Shown here piece after piece: positions 1-14,391 of a DNA stretch of 64,000 nucleotides (position 1 is its first letter; every line of letters begins with the position of its first letter). This stretch comes from Amphiscolops sp. MND2022 (lineage: Eukaryota), in contig OZ076409.1 in the NCBI GenBank assembly GCA_964187785.1, positions 94,986,001 to 95,050,000 on the forward strand. Reading direction: 5' to 3'. The notes under the pieces are model-generated. The model did no database searches, had not been told where the DNA came from, and was given only the letters and a program-made list of their open reading frames with translations. A program made the translations under genes and the position numbers.

Positions 1-1800
1 AGCAGAGGAGCAACCCTAATTGAGTAATCTGCAACCCACTTTGCGTTGTACACAAAGAATCTTAGAAAACGTTTCAACTGGGACGAGTTTTTGGGGATAG
101 GGAATTCCATCAGAGTCTTGATTCGGCTCGCGATCGGGGAGTTTAGGTCCAACTTCCATGATATGACCGAGTATTGCACTGTCTTACAGCCAATAACTCA
201 CTTAGCTTTGTTCAGCGTCAGAACCTCAATCTCCGCCGCTTCAGGAAGTTCCTCAGACTTTCTTGGTCATTCTCCTCGAATCTCCCTGCGATGATCACGT
301 CATCAAAATATGGGTGCGTTCGCTTCAGGTTTTGCCGGCGCACGAAGGCGGTCATTTCTCGCTGAAATGACGCTACAGCGTTTGTGACCCCAGAGGGAAG
401 TCCGGTGAACTCCAAACAATTACTTCAAGCGAAGTGAATGGATGAGTTGGAGTGGGATTTGATGATACGTAGACTTCAAATCGATTCTGGAAAAAATAGT
501 GTTTTCAGCTGCTTGATCAAGTTGGTCTGGCATATTTGGGAAGGGAAACGCATCCTTGGACGTATGACGTTCTATTGTCTGCGAGTCTGTGATCACCATC
601 CGTGGCTTGGAACCATCTCTAGCGACAAAAACTTGTGCCCGCCAGGGAGACGTTGAAACTTGAGTTATGACCTTAGTGAGCATTCGAGTAACCTCGGAAT
701 CCATGAAAGCGACGTCTTGCGGTTTGTGACGGCACAATTTTGTTGCGATCGGTCTTGCACTATAGACTGTACTGGAGAATATGGTCGGTGGGTGCGATTT
801 TCATTTCCGGGAACACCAATTCATTGAGCCCTGCACATATAACAGTCTCTGGTCGATCACCGCCTAACTTCTGTCTGACAGTGATGCGGTCGGAGAACAT
901 CAAGCAGAATTCGAAAATAACATCCATGAAACAGGCCAGTACTACAAACAACAGCGGCAGTCTCGAGTTCGTCACCAGACGACTGTTGCAAGACCGCAGG
1001 GGTCGATCTACATAACGACGCTTAGTGTCCTGCTGTGGAGCTATTGTGAAAAGTGTCCTTTTTGGCTGGCACTTTCAGCGTAAGTGCTGCTTTAGAGCGC
1101 AGAACTGAAGCGCGGACGAGGCTTGTTCAAGACCTGTTGGGTAGCGGATGTGCCAGATTGATCAGGATGCCGCTGAGTTGTCTGGGAGAACGGCTTGACC
1201 GCAGCTGCAGTTGAAGATTTAGCGCTTCGAAAAGATTTCGAAAAGTCACATGATAGTTCGATTGCACATGCAAGCGATTTGCAGCTATCGATGTCAGGCT
1301 GAAATTCTACCAGCTCCAATAGGCTTTCTCGAATGTCGTCAGAACTGAGCCCTGATTTTACGGCGTCTCGTACTAGATAGTCTTCAAATGCTTGGACGGT
1401 CAAACTGGTGCTTCCGCAGTCTTCAACAAGTCGTTTCAGCCTTCCAGAAATCTGTAGGATGGATTCGTTGTCCTTTTGACTGGGACTGAGCATTTGATGA
1501 CAAAGTGGCAAAGAGTGGCAAAGAGCACTCTTGTGGATTCAGAAACTGGCTGACAAACGTTCTCAGTGCGTCTGCAAACGTTGCAGAACTTTCAAGGAGA
1601 GTGAAATTGTCGGAGCCGACAAATGTACGAAGGAAAACGACTTTATCAGCATCTTCGGTTGTGCCTTTGATACGTGAACCGTCCGAGAAACTATTTCACG
1701 CTTTTCATTTCTCGAAGAAAAGCTTAGATGGCGATTTGGGTTGTTTAAACTTCAAGAGAGACGGAAGAAGTAATACAGCGCAAAGACATTTGCTACAAAA
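1..1800 (-). pseudogene. Decayed Ty3/Gypsy LTR retrotransposon gag-pol fragment (gag, protease region, RT), running off the left edge
   Basis: ORF 420-737 has Gypsy RT motifs SPWRAQVFV..PRMVI..FSRIDLKSTYHQIPL. ORF 218-415 has LPSGVTNAVASFQR and YFDDVII (YxDD). ORF 1092-1511 is gag-like (ISGRLKRLVEDC..LVRDAVKSGLSSDDIRESLLE). Many frameshifts and stops. Confidence 0.85.
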
Positions 1801-2341
1801 ATTTTAAGAAAGTACCGTAGAAGCAGAACAGATGATAGCTACGAGGAACGTAAGAAAATACAGTAGTAGCGGAAAAGACGATAGGTATGAGGAACTTAGG
1901 AAAAAACCTCAGTAGCAGGATGGACAGTAGCTACGAGGAACCTAAAAAAGTACCGTAGTAGCAGAATAGTGAAGTCGCTCATCTGAAGACAGTCTACGTG
2001 ACTTAGCGCGGGCACGTAAAATGACACCCGACGGCACTTGTAAGTTCAGCGGTGACCTTGTTTGTCGATATGGGTGCAGAAGGCTTTACGAAGCTTTCAT
2101 TTCTTCAGGATGGAGCAAATTCCACTGATTGTCCTTGTCTTTAGATGGTTGGCGTCTCAGATAGTGTGCTTTTCGAACCTGTAAATGCTTCGCGATATGC
2201 CTCTGTAAAGCCACCGGCCATCGTTGTTGCTTTCTAGGAGTCGATATAATGCCTTGGCCTGGTCAGTGATGTCTAGGGAGGAACAGCGATAACGAACACT
2301 CTGAGTGCAACTTCAGAGGCTGCTACAGGAAGGTCGGTATG

Positions 2342-2541
2342 NNNNNNNNNNNNNNNNNNNNNNNNNNNNNNNNNNNNNNNNNNNNNNNNNNNNNNNNNNN
2401 NNNNNNNNNNNNNNNNNNNNNNNNNNNNNNNNNNNNNNNNNNNNNNNNNNNNNNNNNNNNNNNNNNNNNNNNNNNNNNNNNNNNNNNNNNNNNNNNNNNN
2501 NNNNNNNNNNNNNNNNNNNNNNNNNNNNNNNNNNNNNNNNN
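2342..2541. other. Assembly gap (200 N)
   Basis: Run of N. Confidence 1.
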
Positions 2542-5500
2542 ATAGGATCCAAATGAGCTTGTAGATCAACTAAAACTAATCGTGTTAGAAAAAGTAGGTG
2601 GTAATGATAATCCTATGCTTAGTGAACAAATCGTAGCAATTGTTGATAGAAAAACTACTGGAAAATGATTGTATTACAACAATTCAACGTCAAAACATTA
2701 CAAACTCCTTCACGATTTAAATCATGAATCATATGTTTTAAAAAGATACGTTGGTGGAATAAAGATTTTGTACTCTAGATTAGATTCCTAACAAATCCTA
2801 TATTGTTTACCATTTTTATCTTCTAACCTCCATTTATTAAAAAATAATTATACTTTTTTTCCATGCCTCTCTGCAAAATTCCTTGAATTCGTCATAAGAC
2901 ATATCAAACTCAGGTATGTCTCTATAATTATGTTCTACATCTGTTAAGGTTTGTTGAGGTAAGATTATTATATCCGAATTGTTTTTAAAAGTCTTTTTAG
3001 GTAAATTAAAATATGACTGTGATAAAAAATGAACATCTAAATCATTATGTCTTCCTCTAGTAAAAATTGGATCTATTAGTTTTTGATTACTATCCAACAT
3101 ATCATCAAATACAACACAAGTTTTGAAAATCTTTTAGATCTTCTTCCACTGAAACGTTTTCTATATCTATACACAAAGCTCCTCCAGTGTTTATATATTG
3201 CTTTGGAGATCTAGTTAATATGTAATTGCTGTTCAGGGTTATCCAAGCGAAATAATTGTAATTTGTGTAATAACAAAATGGTCTTACCTCAAAATAATGG
3301 ACCAACAATTAATGTTCGATATATTACATTATTTTTATTTATTGTTACATTATTGTTCGATGTTATTACAATATTTATAATTTCATTATTAACTTTTTTC
3401 ATTTGAATGATTTATATTTTTCATATTGTTTTTTTGTGAACATTTTTCATACGACATCTCTTGATATGTTTTGTTTAAAATGTTCTATTAAATTCAAGAT
3501 TACAATACTCACATTTTATTTTTTTATTAAAGCACTCTATAAATTTACTATGTTTAGTGTTGTTACAATAAGTATAAAAGTCCTCCTTCAGTATACATCA
3601 GTCTTTACACCTTTTTTATTCTCACAATCAACAAATTGACTTCTCACCACTTTCATTACAAATAAACATTTCTTTTATTTATTTGAAAAATCACTAAGTC
3701 ACTAAGCAAATTCCCTAAGGGCATATCTTCTCAAGTGCAGAGGTTCAAGACTTAGTGAAAATATATACTCTTAGTGATTCTACTTAGTGATTTTACTAGA
3801 ACAATCACCATAAAATTAAATCCATTTTTTAAAGAAATTACATCTTATTTAATTATATTTATTTATATTTATATATAATATTTAACTATATTTATAGAAT
3901 ATTTAATTATATTTAATTGTATATTATTCAATTACATTTACTAAACATGATTGCCAGAAGTAATAATATTTTCTTAAATTCCTCTTTAAGTTTGTCTGAA
4001 GTTAATGGTTGCTGCATACGCTCTATATAATTGTCTGTTTTGGGTTCATTCACTTTTATTTTATTTTGTTTAAAATACTCCACATAATAATAAGCAATTG
4101 TTTCATGGGTTATTTCAATTGTCTGATCCGACAATTCCTCCAAAAAGAATATTATAAAAACAAAAGTCTATTATAATCATCACCAGTAAAGAAAAATGAT
4201 TCATAACACACCTAACCCTCGGGACTCTATTTATAATTAGTTATATCATATACTACGTGATACTTCTGGTTGAGCATTTTGTACTTTTGTGATCTAGTAT
4301 CATATTCAAATATACTGAGTTCTAACTGATCATGGTACTAATTCCACTTGAAATCTTTGATTGAATTTGTGTTTGTACTTGTTTCATAGGAATTATCTGG
4401 GTTGTTATTTGTTATAAAAAACTTAAAACAATTCTCTCTCACTATTGGGAGAATAACCTTTGCATAGTATGCAAGATAAAAAAACTTGTAAATTATGATG
4501 TCTACCGAACCGGAACAAGTTTTCATCCTTCCACATTTGTTTTAAGGTTTTTAAATGCACCTGCATCGTCTAAAATTATCGTTTTAGTAGCAAGTGATTC
4601 AATATTGATATTTTCTAAGAGCAACAAAGGTACATAATTTAATCAGTATTTTTTCCTTCCATCAGATCTAAATGAGTTTGTTGATCAACTAAAACTAATC
4701 GTGTTAGAAGAAGTAGGTGGTAATGATAATCCTATGCTTAGTGAACAAATCGTAGCAATTGTTGATAGAAAAACTACTGGAATATGATTGTATTATAACA
4801 ATTCAACGTCAAAACATTACAAACTCCTTCAGGATTTAAATCATGAATCATATGTTTTAAAAAGATACGTTGGTGGATTAAAGATTTTGTACTCTAGATT
4901 AGATTCCTTACAAATCCTATTTTGTTTACCATTTTTATCTTCTAACCTCCATTTATTAATGAATAATTATACTTTTCTTTCCATGCCACTCTGCAAAATT
5001 CCTTGAATTCGTCATAAGACATATCAAACTCAGGTATGTCTCTATAATTATGTTCTACATCTTTTAAGGTTTGTTGATGTAAGATTGTTATATTCGAATT
5101 GTTTTTAATATTTTTTAAGGTAAATTGAAATATGACTGTGATAAATAATGAACATCTAAATCATTATGTCTTCCTCTTGTAAAAATTGGATCTATTAGTT
5201 TTTGATTACTATCCAACATATCATCAAATACAACACAACAGTTTTGAAAATCTTCTAGATCTTCTTCCACTGAAACGTTTTCTATATCTATACGCAAAGC
5301 GCCTTCAGTATTTATATATTGCTTTGGAGATCTAGTTAATATGTAATTGCTGTTCAGGGTTATCCAAGCGAAATAATTGTAATTTGTGTAATAACAAAAT
5401 GGTCTTACCTCAAAATAATGGACCAACAATTAATGTTCGATATATTACATTATTTTTATTTATTGTTACATTATTGTTCGATGTTATTACAATATTTATA

Positions 5501-8500
5501 ATTTCATTATTAACTTTTTTCATTTGAATGATTTATATTTTTCATATTGTTTTTTTGTGAACATTTTTCATACGACATCTCTTGATATGTTTTGTTTAAA
5601 ATGTTCTATTAAATTCAAGATTACAATACTCACATTTTATTTTTTTATTAAAGCACTCTATAAATTTACTATGTTTAGTGTTGTTACAATAAGTATAAAA
5701 GTCCTCCTTCAGTATACATCAGTCTTTACACATTTTTTATTCTCACAATCAACAAATTGACTTCTCACCACTTTCATTACAAATAAACATTTCTTTTATT
5801 TATTTGAAAAATCACTAAGTCACTATGCAAATTCCCTAAGGGCATATCTTCTCAAGTGCAGAGGTACAAGACTTAGTGAAAATATATACTCTTAGTGATT
5901 CTACTTAGTGATTTTACTAGAACAATCACCATAAAATTAAATCCATTTTTTAAAGAAATTACATCTTATTTAATTATATTTATTTATATTTATATATAAT
6001 ATTTAACTATGTTTATAGAATTTTTAATTATATTTAATTGTATACTATTCAATTACATTTACTAAACATGATTGCCAGAAGTAATAATATTTTCTTAAAT
6101 TCCTCTTTAAGTTTGTCTGAAGTTAATGGTTGCTGCATACGCTCTATATAATTGTCTGTTTTGGGTTCATTCACTTTTATTTTATTTTGTTTAAAATACT
6201 CCACATAATAATAAGCAATTGTTTCATGGGTTATTTCTATTGTCTGATCCGACAATTCCTCCAAAAAGAATATTATAAAAACAAAAGTCTATTATAATCA
6301 TCACCAGTAAAGAAAAATGATTCATAACACACATAATCCTCGGGACTCCATTTATAATTAGTTATATCATATACTACCTGATACTTCTGGTTGAGCAGTT
6401 TGTACTTTTGTGATCTAGTATCATATTCGAATATACTGAACTCTAACTGATCATGGTACTAATTCCACTTGAAATCTTTGATTGAATTTGTGTTTGTACT
6501 TGTTTCATAGGAATTATCTGGGTTGTTATTTGTTATAAAAAACTTAAAACATTTCTCTCTCACTATTGGGAGAATAACCTTTGCATAGTATGCAAGATAA
6601 AAAAAACTTGTAAATTATGATGTCTACCGAACCGGAACAAGTTTTCATCCTTCCACATTTGTTTTAAGGTTTTTAAATGCACCTGCATCGTCTAAAATTA
6701 TCGTTTTAGTAGCAAGTGATTCAATATTGATATTTTCTAAGAGCAACAAAGGTACATAATTTAATCAGTATTTTTTCCTTCCATCAGATCTAAATGAGTT
6801 TGTTGATCAACTAAAACTAATCGTGTTAGAAGAAGTAGGTGGTAATGATAATCCTATGCTTAGTGAACAAATCGTAGCAATTGTTGATAGAAAAACTACT
6901 GGAATATGATTGTATTATAACAATTCAACGTCAAAACATTACAAACTCCTTCAGGATTTAAATCATGAATCATATGTTTTAAAAAGATACGTTGGTGGAT
7001 TAAAGATTTTGTACTCTAGATTAGATTCCTTACAAATCCTATTTTGTTTACCATTTTTATCTTCTAACCTCCATTTATTAATGAATAATTATACTTTTCT
7101 TTCCATGCCACTCTGCAAAATTCCTTGAATTCGTCATAAGACATATCAAACTCAGGTATGTCTCTATAATTATGTTCTACATCTTTTAAGGTTTGTTGAT
7201 GTAAGATTGTTATATTCGAATTGTTTTTAATATTTTTTTAGGTAAATTGAAATATGACTGTGATAAATAATGAACATCTAAATCATTATGTCTTCCTCTT
7301 GTAAAAATTGGATCTATTAGTTTTTGATTACTATCCAACATATCATCAAATACAACACAACAGTTTTGAAAATCTTCTAGATCTTCTTCCACTGAAACGT
7401 TTTCTATATCTATACGCAAAGCGCCTTCAGTATTTATATATTGCTTTGGAGATCTAGTTAATATGTAATTGCTGTTCAGGGTTATCCAAGCGAAATAATT
7501 GTAATTTGTTTAATAACAAAATGGTCTTACCTCAAAATAATGGATCAACTATTAATGTTCGATATATTACATTATTGTTATTTATTGTTACATTATTGTT
7601 CGATGTTATTACAATATTTATAATTTCATTATTAATTTTTTCATTTGAATGATTTATATTTTTCATATTGTTTTTTTGTGAACATTTTTCATACGACATC
7701 TCTTGATATGTTTTGTTTAATATGTTCTATTAAATTCAAGGTTACAATACTCACATTTTATTTTTTAATTAAAACACTCTATAAGTTTACTATGTTTAGT
7801 GTTGTTACAATAAATATAAAAGTCCTCCTTCAGTATACATCAGTCTTTACACCTCTTTTTATTCTCACAATCAACAAATTGACTTCTCACCACTTTCATT
7901 ACAAATAAACATTTCTTTTATTTATTTGAAAAATCACTAAGTCACTAAGCAAGTTCCCTAAGGGCATATCTTCTCAAGTGCAGAGGTACAAGACTTATTG
8001 AAAATATATACTCTTAGTGATTCTACTTAGTGATTTTACTAGAAAAATCACCATAAAATTAAATCCATTTTTTAACGAAATTACATCTTATTTAATTATA
8101 TTTATTTATATTTATATATAATATTTAACTATAATTATAGAATATTTAATTATTTTTAATTATATATTCAATTACATTCACTAAACATGATTGCCAGAAG
8201 TAATAGTATTTTCTTAAATTCCTCTTTAAGTTTGTCTGAAGTTAATGGTTGCTGCATACGCTCTATATAATTGTCTGTTTTGGGTTCATTCACTTTTATT
8301 TTATTTTGTTTAAAATACTCCACATAGTAATAAGCAATTGTTTCATGGGTTATTTCTATTGTCTGATCCGACAATTCCTCCAAAAAGAATATTATAAAAA
8401 CAAAAGTCTATTATAATCATCACCAGTAAAGAAAAATGATTCATAACACACCTAACCCTCGGGACTCTATTTATAATTAGTTATATCATATACTACGTGA

Positions 8501-11009
8501 TACTTCTGGTTGAGCATTTTGTACTTTTGTGATCTAGTATCATAATCAAATATACTGAGTTCTAACTGATCATGGTACTAATTCCACTTGAAATCTTTGA
8601 TTGAATTTGTGTTTGTACTTGTTTCATAGGAATTATCTGGGTTGTTATTTGTTATAAAAAACTTAAAACAATTCTCTCTCACTATTGAGAGAATAACCTT
8701 TGCATAGTATGCAAGATAAAAAAACTTGTAAATTATGATGTCTACCGAACCGGAACAAGTCTTCAAGTCTTCCCTATTTGTTTTAAGGTCTTTAAATGCA
8801 CCTGCATCGTCTAAAATTATCGTTTTAGTAGCAAGTGATCCAATATTGATATTTTCTAACAGCAACAAAGGTACATAATTTAATCAGTATTTTTCCCTTC
8901 CATCAGATCTAAATGAGCTTGTTATCAACTAAAACTAATCGTGTTAGAAAAAGTAGGTGGTAATGATAATCCCAGGCTTAGTGAACAAATCGTAGCAATT
9001 GTTGATAGATAAACTACTGGAATATGATTGTATTACAACAATTCACCGCCAAAACATTACAAACTCCTTCAGGATTTATATCATGAATCATATGTTCAAA
9101 AAGGATACGTTGGTGGATCAAAGATTTCGTACTCTAGATTAGATTCATTAAATATCCTATATTGTTTACCATTTTTATCTTCTAACCTCTATTTATTATT
9201 TAAGAAATTTATACTTTTCTTTCCATGCCTCTCTGCCAAATTCCTTGAATTCGTCATAAGACATATCAAACTCAGCTATGTCTTTATAACTATGTTCTAC
9301 ATCTTTTAAGGTTTGTTGAAGTAAGATTATTATGTTCGAATTGTTTTTGATAGTTTTTATAGGTAAATTGAAATATGACTGTGATAAATAATGAACATCT
9401 AAATTATTATGTCTTCCTCTAGTAAAAATTGGATCTATTACTTTTTGATTACTATCCAACATATCATCAAATACAACACAAGTTTTGAAAATCTTCTAGA
9501 TCTTCGTCCACTGAAACGTTTTCTATATCTATACGCAAAGCGCCTTCAGTATTTATATATTGCTTTGGAGATCTAGTTAATATGTAATTGCTGTTCAGGG
9601 TTATCCAAGCGAAAAAATTGTAATTTGTTTAATAACAAAATGGTCTTACCTCAAAATGATGGACCAACTATTAATATTCGATATATTACATTATTGTTAT
9701 TTATTGTTACATTATTGTTCGATGTTATTACAAAATTTATAATTTCATTATTAATTTTTTCATTTGAAAGATTTATATTTTTCGTATTGTTCATTTTGTG
9801 AACATTTTTCATACGACATCTCTTGATATGTTCTGTTTAATATGTTCTATTAAATTCAAGATTACAAGACTCACATTTTATTTTTTTATTAAAACACTCG
9901 ATAAATTTACTATGTTTAGTGTTGTTACGATAAGTATAAAAGTCCTCCTTCAGTATACATCAGTCTTTACACCTCTTTTTATTCTCACAATCAACAAATT
10001 GACTTCTCGCCACTTTCATTACAAATTAAACATTTCATTTATTTATTTAAAAAATCACTAAGTCACAAAGCAAATTCCCTAAGGGCATATCTTCTCAAGT
10101 GCAGAGGTACACGACTTAGTGAAAATATATACTTTTAGTGATTCTACTTAGTGAATTTACTAGAAAAATCACTAATAAATTAAATCCATTTTTTAAAGAA
10201 ATTACATCTTATTTAATTATATTCATTTATATTTATATATAAAATTTAACTATATTTATAGAAAATTTAATTATATTTAATTATATATTATTCAATTACA
10301 TTTACTAAACATGATTGCCAGAAGTAATAATATTTTCTTAAATTCCTCTTTAAGTTTGTCTGAAATTAATGGTTGCTGCATACGCTCTATATAATTGTCT
10401 GTTTTGGGTTCATTCACTTTTATTTTATTTTGTTTAAAATACTCCACATAATAACAAGCAATTGTTTCATGGGTTATTTCTATTGTCTGATCCGAGAATT
10501 CCTCCAAAACGAATATTATAAAAACAAAAGTCTATTATAATCAGCACCAGTAAAGAAAAATGATTCATAACACACATAATCCTCGGGACTCCATTCATAA
10601 TTAGTTATATCATAAACTACCTGATACTTCTGGTTGAGCATTTTGTACTTTTGTGATCTAGTATCATATTCGAATATACTGAATTCTAACTGATCATGGT
10701 ACTAATTCCACTTGAAATCTTTGATTGAATTTGTGTTTGTACTTGTTTCATAGGAATTATCTGGGTTGTTATTTGTTATAAAAAACTTAAAACAATTCTT
10801 TCTCACTATTGGGAGAATAACCTTTGCATAGTATGCAAGATAAAAAAACTTGTAAATTATGATGTCTACCGAACCGGAACAAGTCTTCAAGTCTTCCACA
10901 TTTGTTTTAAGGTTTTTAAATGCACCTGCATCGTCTAAAAGTATCGTTTTAGTTGCAAGTGATCCAATATTGATATTTTCTAACAGCAACAAAGGTACAT
11001 AATTTAATC

Positions 11010-11200
11010 AGTAATTTTTACTTCCATCAGATCTAAATGAGCTTGTTGATCAACTAAAACTAATCGTGTTAGAAAAAGTAGGTGGTAATGATAATCCCAT
11101 GCTTAGTGAACAAATCGTAGCAATTGTTGATAGATAAACTACTGGAATATGATTGTATTACAACAATTCAACGCCAAAACGTTACAAACTCCTTCAGGAT
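11010..11200 (+). pseudogene. C-terminal fragment of a conserved Polinton accessory protein (one copy per repeat unit)
   Basis: Reads LPSDLNELVDQLKLIVLEKVGGNDNPMLSEQIVAIVD-KLLEY. This resembles the DPNELxxRL..AGN..EIxxI motif I recall from Maverick accessory proteins. Confidence 0.5.
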
Positions 11201-11220
11201 TTATATCATGAATCATATGT

Positions 11221-11810
11221 TTAAAAAGGATACGTTGGTGGATAAAAGATTTTGTACTCTAGATTAGATTCAATACAAATCCTATATTGTTTACCATTTT
11301 TATCTTCTAACCTCTTTTTATTAATAAATAATTTATACTTTTCTTTCCATGCCTCTCTGCAAAATTCCTTGAATTCGTCATAAGACATATCAAACTCAGC
11401 TATGTCTTTATAATTATGTTCTACATCTTTTAGGGTTTGTTGAAGTAAGATTATTATATTCGAATTGTTTCTTATAGTTTTTTTAGGTAAATTGAAATAT
11501 GACTGTGATAAATAATGAACATCTAAATTATTATGTCTTCCTCTAGTAAAAATTGGATCTATTAGTTTTTGATTACTATCCAACATATCATCAAACACAA
11601 CACAACAGTTTTGAAAATCTTCTAGATCTTCTTCCACTGAAACGTTTTCTATATCTATACGCAAAGCGCCTTCAGTATTTATATATTGCTTTGGAGATCT
11701 AGTTAATATGTAATTGCTGTTCAGGGTTATCCAAGCGAAATTATTGTAATTTGTTTAATAAAAAAAGTGTCTTACCACAAAATGATGGACCAACTGTTAA
11801 TGTTCAATAT
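11221..11810 (-). pseudogene. A32/FtsK-HerA-type packaging ATPase 1 (best-preserved copy; further copies in the four other units)
   Basis: Walker A TVGPSFCGKT at ~11770-11800, Walker B CVVFDD, and the RGRH arginine-finger motif followed by YLSQSYFNLPKKTIRNNSN. One frameshift lies between Walker A and Walker B. Confidence 0.85.
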
Positions 11811-12409
11811 ATTACATTGTTGTTATTATTTATAATTTCATTGTTCATTTTTTCATTTGAATGATTTAAATTTTTCATATTGTTTTTATTGTGAATATTT
11901 TTCATACGACATCTCTTGATATGTTTTGTTTAATATGTTCTATTAAATTCAAGATTACAAAACTCACATTTTATTTTTTAAATAAAACACTCTATACATT
12001 TACTATGTTTGGTGTTGTTACGATAAGTATAAAAGTCCTCACGGTAAGTATACATCAGTCTTTACACCTCTTTTTATTCTCACAATCAACAAATTGACTT
12101 CTCACCACTTTCATTACAAATTAAACATTTCATTTATTTATTTAAAAAATCACTAAGTCACTAAGCAAATTCCCTAAGGGCATATCTTCTCAAGTGCAGA
12201 GGTACAAGACTTAGTGAAAATATATACTCTTAGTGAATCTACTTAGTGATCCTACTAGGAAAATCACTAAGAAATTAAATCCATTTTTGAAAGAAATGAT
12301 ATCTTATTTAATTATCTTTGATTATAATTTATAGTATTATTTAATTATTTTTAGAGAATTTTTAATTCTATTTATTGATATATTATTCAATATTTATTGA
12401 TATATTATT

Positions 12410-13430
12410 CAATTACATTTACTAAACAAGATTGCCAGGACTAATATTATTTTCTTAAATTCCTCTTTGAGTTTGTCTGAAGTTAATGGTTGCTGCATCT
12501 ATTTAAATGTCTGTTTTGGGTTAATTCACTTTTATTTTATTTTGTGTACAATACTCCACATAGGAATAAGCAATTGTTTCATGGGTTATTTCTATTGTCT
12601 GATCCCACAACTCCTCCAAAAAGATTATTATAAAAACAAAAGTCTATTATAATCATCACCAGTAAAGAAATATGATTCATAACACACATAATCCTCGGGA
12701 CTCCATTTATAATTAGTTATATCTTATACTACCTGATACTTCTGCTTGAGCATTTTGTACTTTTGTGATCTAGTATCATATTCGAATATACTGAATTCTA
12801 AATGATCATGGTACTAATTCCACTTGAAATCTTTGATTGAATTTGTGTTTGAACTTGTTTCATAGGAATTATCTGGGTTGTTAATTGTTATAAATAACAT
12901 AAAACAATTCCCTCTCAAAATTGGGAGAATAACCTTTGCATAGTGTGCAAGATAAAAAAACTTGAAAATTATGATGTCTACCGAACCGGAATAAGTGTTC
13001 TACATTTGTTTTAAAGTTTTAATGCACCTGCATCGTCTAAAATTATCGTTTTAGTAGCAAGTGATTCAATATTGATGTTTTCTAACAGCAACAAAGGTAC
13101 AAAATTATCAAGAAACTCAGTTTCATTTCCACCAATTGTTATAAATTTAGATTTAGTTTGATCTAAATACTACTTTAGGTAAGATGTCTTACCTGACCCA
13201 CAAGTACCATAAAGTGACATATGACATATTGTATTACTGATTGGTTTGAGTTGAGGTTCTTCTTCTGGTTGATTAGTTAAATAAAAATGTTTCGACCCCA
13301 GGAACAGTTTTAGTTTTTTGATATAATCTTTTACAATATCCAGGTCTAATATAATACCAATAAATATATAAATTATAATGAAAATTACACATGATAAACC
13401 TATAAATTTTTTTTGATCATTTATAAAGAA
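12410..13430 (-). pseudogene. Second A32-type packaging ATPase with an N-terminal hydrophobic segment (only its C-terminal part is carried in the repeat units)
   Basis: Walker A MSLYGTCGSGKT (ORF 13170-13505), Walker B TIILDDAG, FRFGRHHN..FYLAHYAK. N-terminal FIGLSCVIFIIIYIFIGIIL. Stops and frameshifts present. Confidence 0.75.
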
Positions 13431-13509
13431 AAATACGCGAAGCGCCTTCGGTAAGCGAAGCGCCTCCAGTGCCTTCGGTGTGCGAAGCCAGCGAAGCTCT
13501 ATCACCGAT

Positions 13510-14391
13510 TAGGTGAAAAATTCCAAATTAATAAAGAATATGAAAAAACGAAATTGCGAAAGAAACATTCTCTCCTGTAACTAGGAAGTTTCAAAAAATT
13601 CAAACACAAACTCACTATAAAGATGAGTGTTGGAGTATTGATCTGATAGACCGGTCTAGATTATCAAAATACAATAAACACTTCAAAGTTACTTTCACAA
13701 TATTTGATACCCATACTAAATATGCATGGGCGATTCCTCTCAAAGATAAATCAGGAAAAGTACAACAACAGCATTAAAAAGTCTTATTGAATAAACAAAA
13801 AGAACACCTCAAAAAATTGGTCAGATAGAGGTAAAGACTTTTATAACAAAACATTTTTAGATTTCCTTAAAGAGCAAAACGTTCAAATTTATCCAACTAA
13901 TTCAGATTTGAAAGCAGAGTTTGTTGAACGCTCCAATAGAACAATATTAGATCTTATCAAAGAACTAATTTTAATTGAATGTAAAGCTTGTTGGTTGAAT
14001 TATTTGGAAAATGCTCTGGAAAAATATAATATTCGTTTTCATGATACCAATTGAAGCCAGTAATGACAAACCATTACCGAAGGTGCTTTGAATTTATAGT
14101 CCAATACCTAGCGATAATTATGAAATACCTAATTTCCAAGTGAGAGATTTTGTTAGAAATCCTGATAAAGGCACTTTATATAGTAAAAAGTATACAACAA
14201 ATTGGAACAGAGAACTTTTTGAAATACATAAAATTAACCCAACTGACCCAGTTACATATGGTTTAGAAGACGAAAACAACGAACTAATAGAAGGAACATT
14301 TTACGAACAAGGACTTCTAAGAAGTTTATTCAACTTTGAATTTAACCAGAAGGTGTTAGAGAGTATGCATATTTTCCATCAATTTGAGTAA
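13510..14391 (+). pseudogene. Polinton retroviral-type (rve) DDE integrase, frameshifted
   Basis: ECWSIDLID..FTIFDTHTKYAWAIPLKDKSG..WSDRGKDFYNK..KAEFVERSNRT; C-terminal YTTNWNRELFEIHKINPTDPVTY..GTFYEQGL is typical of Maverick integrases. Confidence 0.9.

Larger units (their letters stand above)
2542..13100. repeat. Tandem array of five ~2.12-kb units derived from the Polinton interior
   Basis: The anchor gatc(c/t)aaatgag..gatcaactaaaactaatcgtgttagaa recurs at 2546, 4665, 6787, 8906 and 11030 (spacings 2119, 2122, 2119, 2124). The same ORF fragments recur in each unit. Confidence 0.97.

Noticed and set aside
2273..2569. ORFs spanning the N run
   Set aside because: Artefacts of the assembly gap.
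3403..3639. Plus-strand hydrophobic ORFs repeated in each 2.12-kb unit
   Set aside because: Probably antisense shadows of a decayed minus-strand Cys/His-rich ORF (KCEYCNLEFNRT..KHIKRC) in AT-rich DNA.
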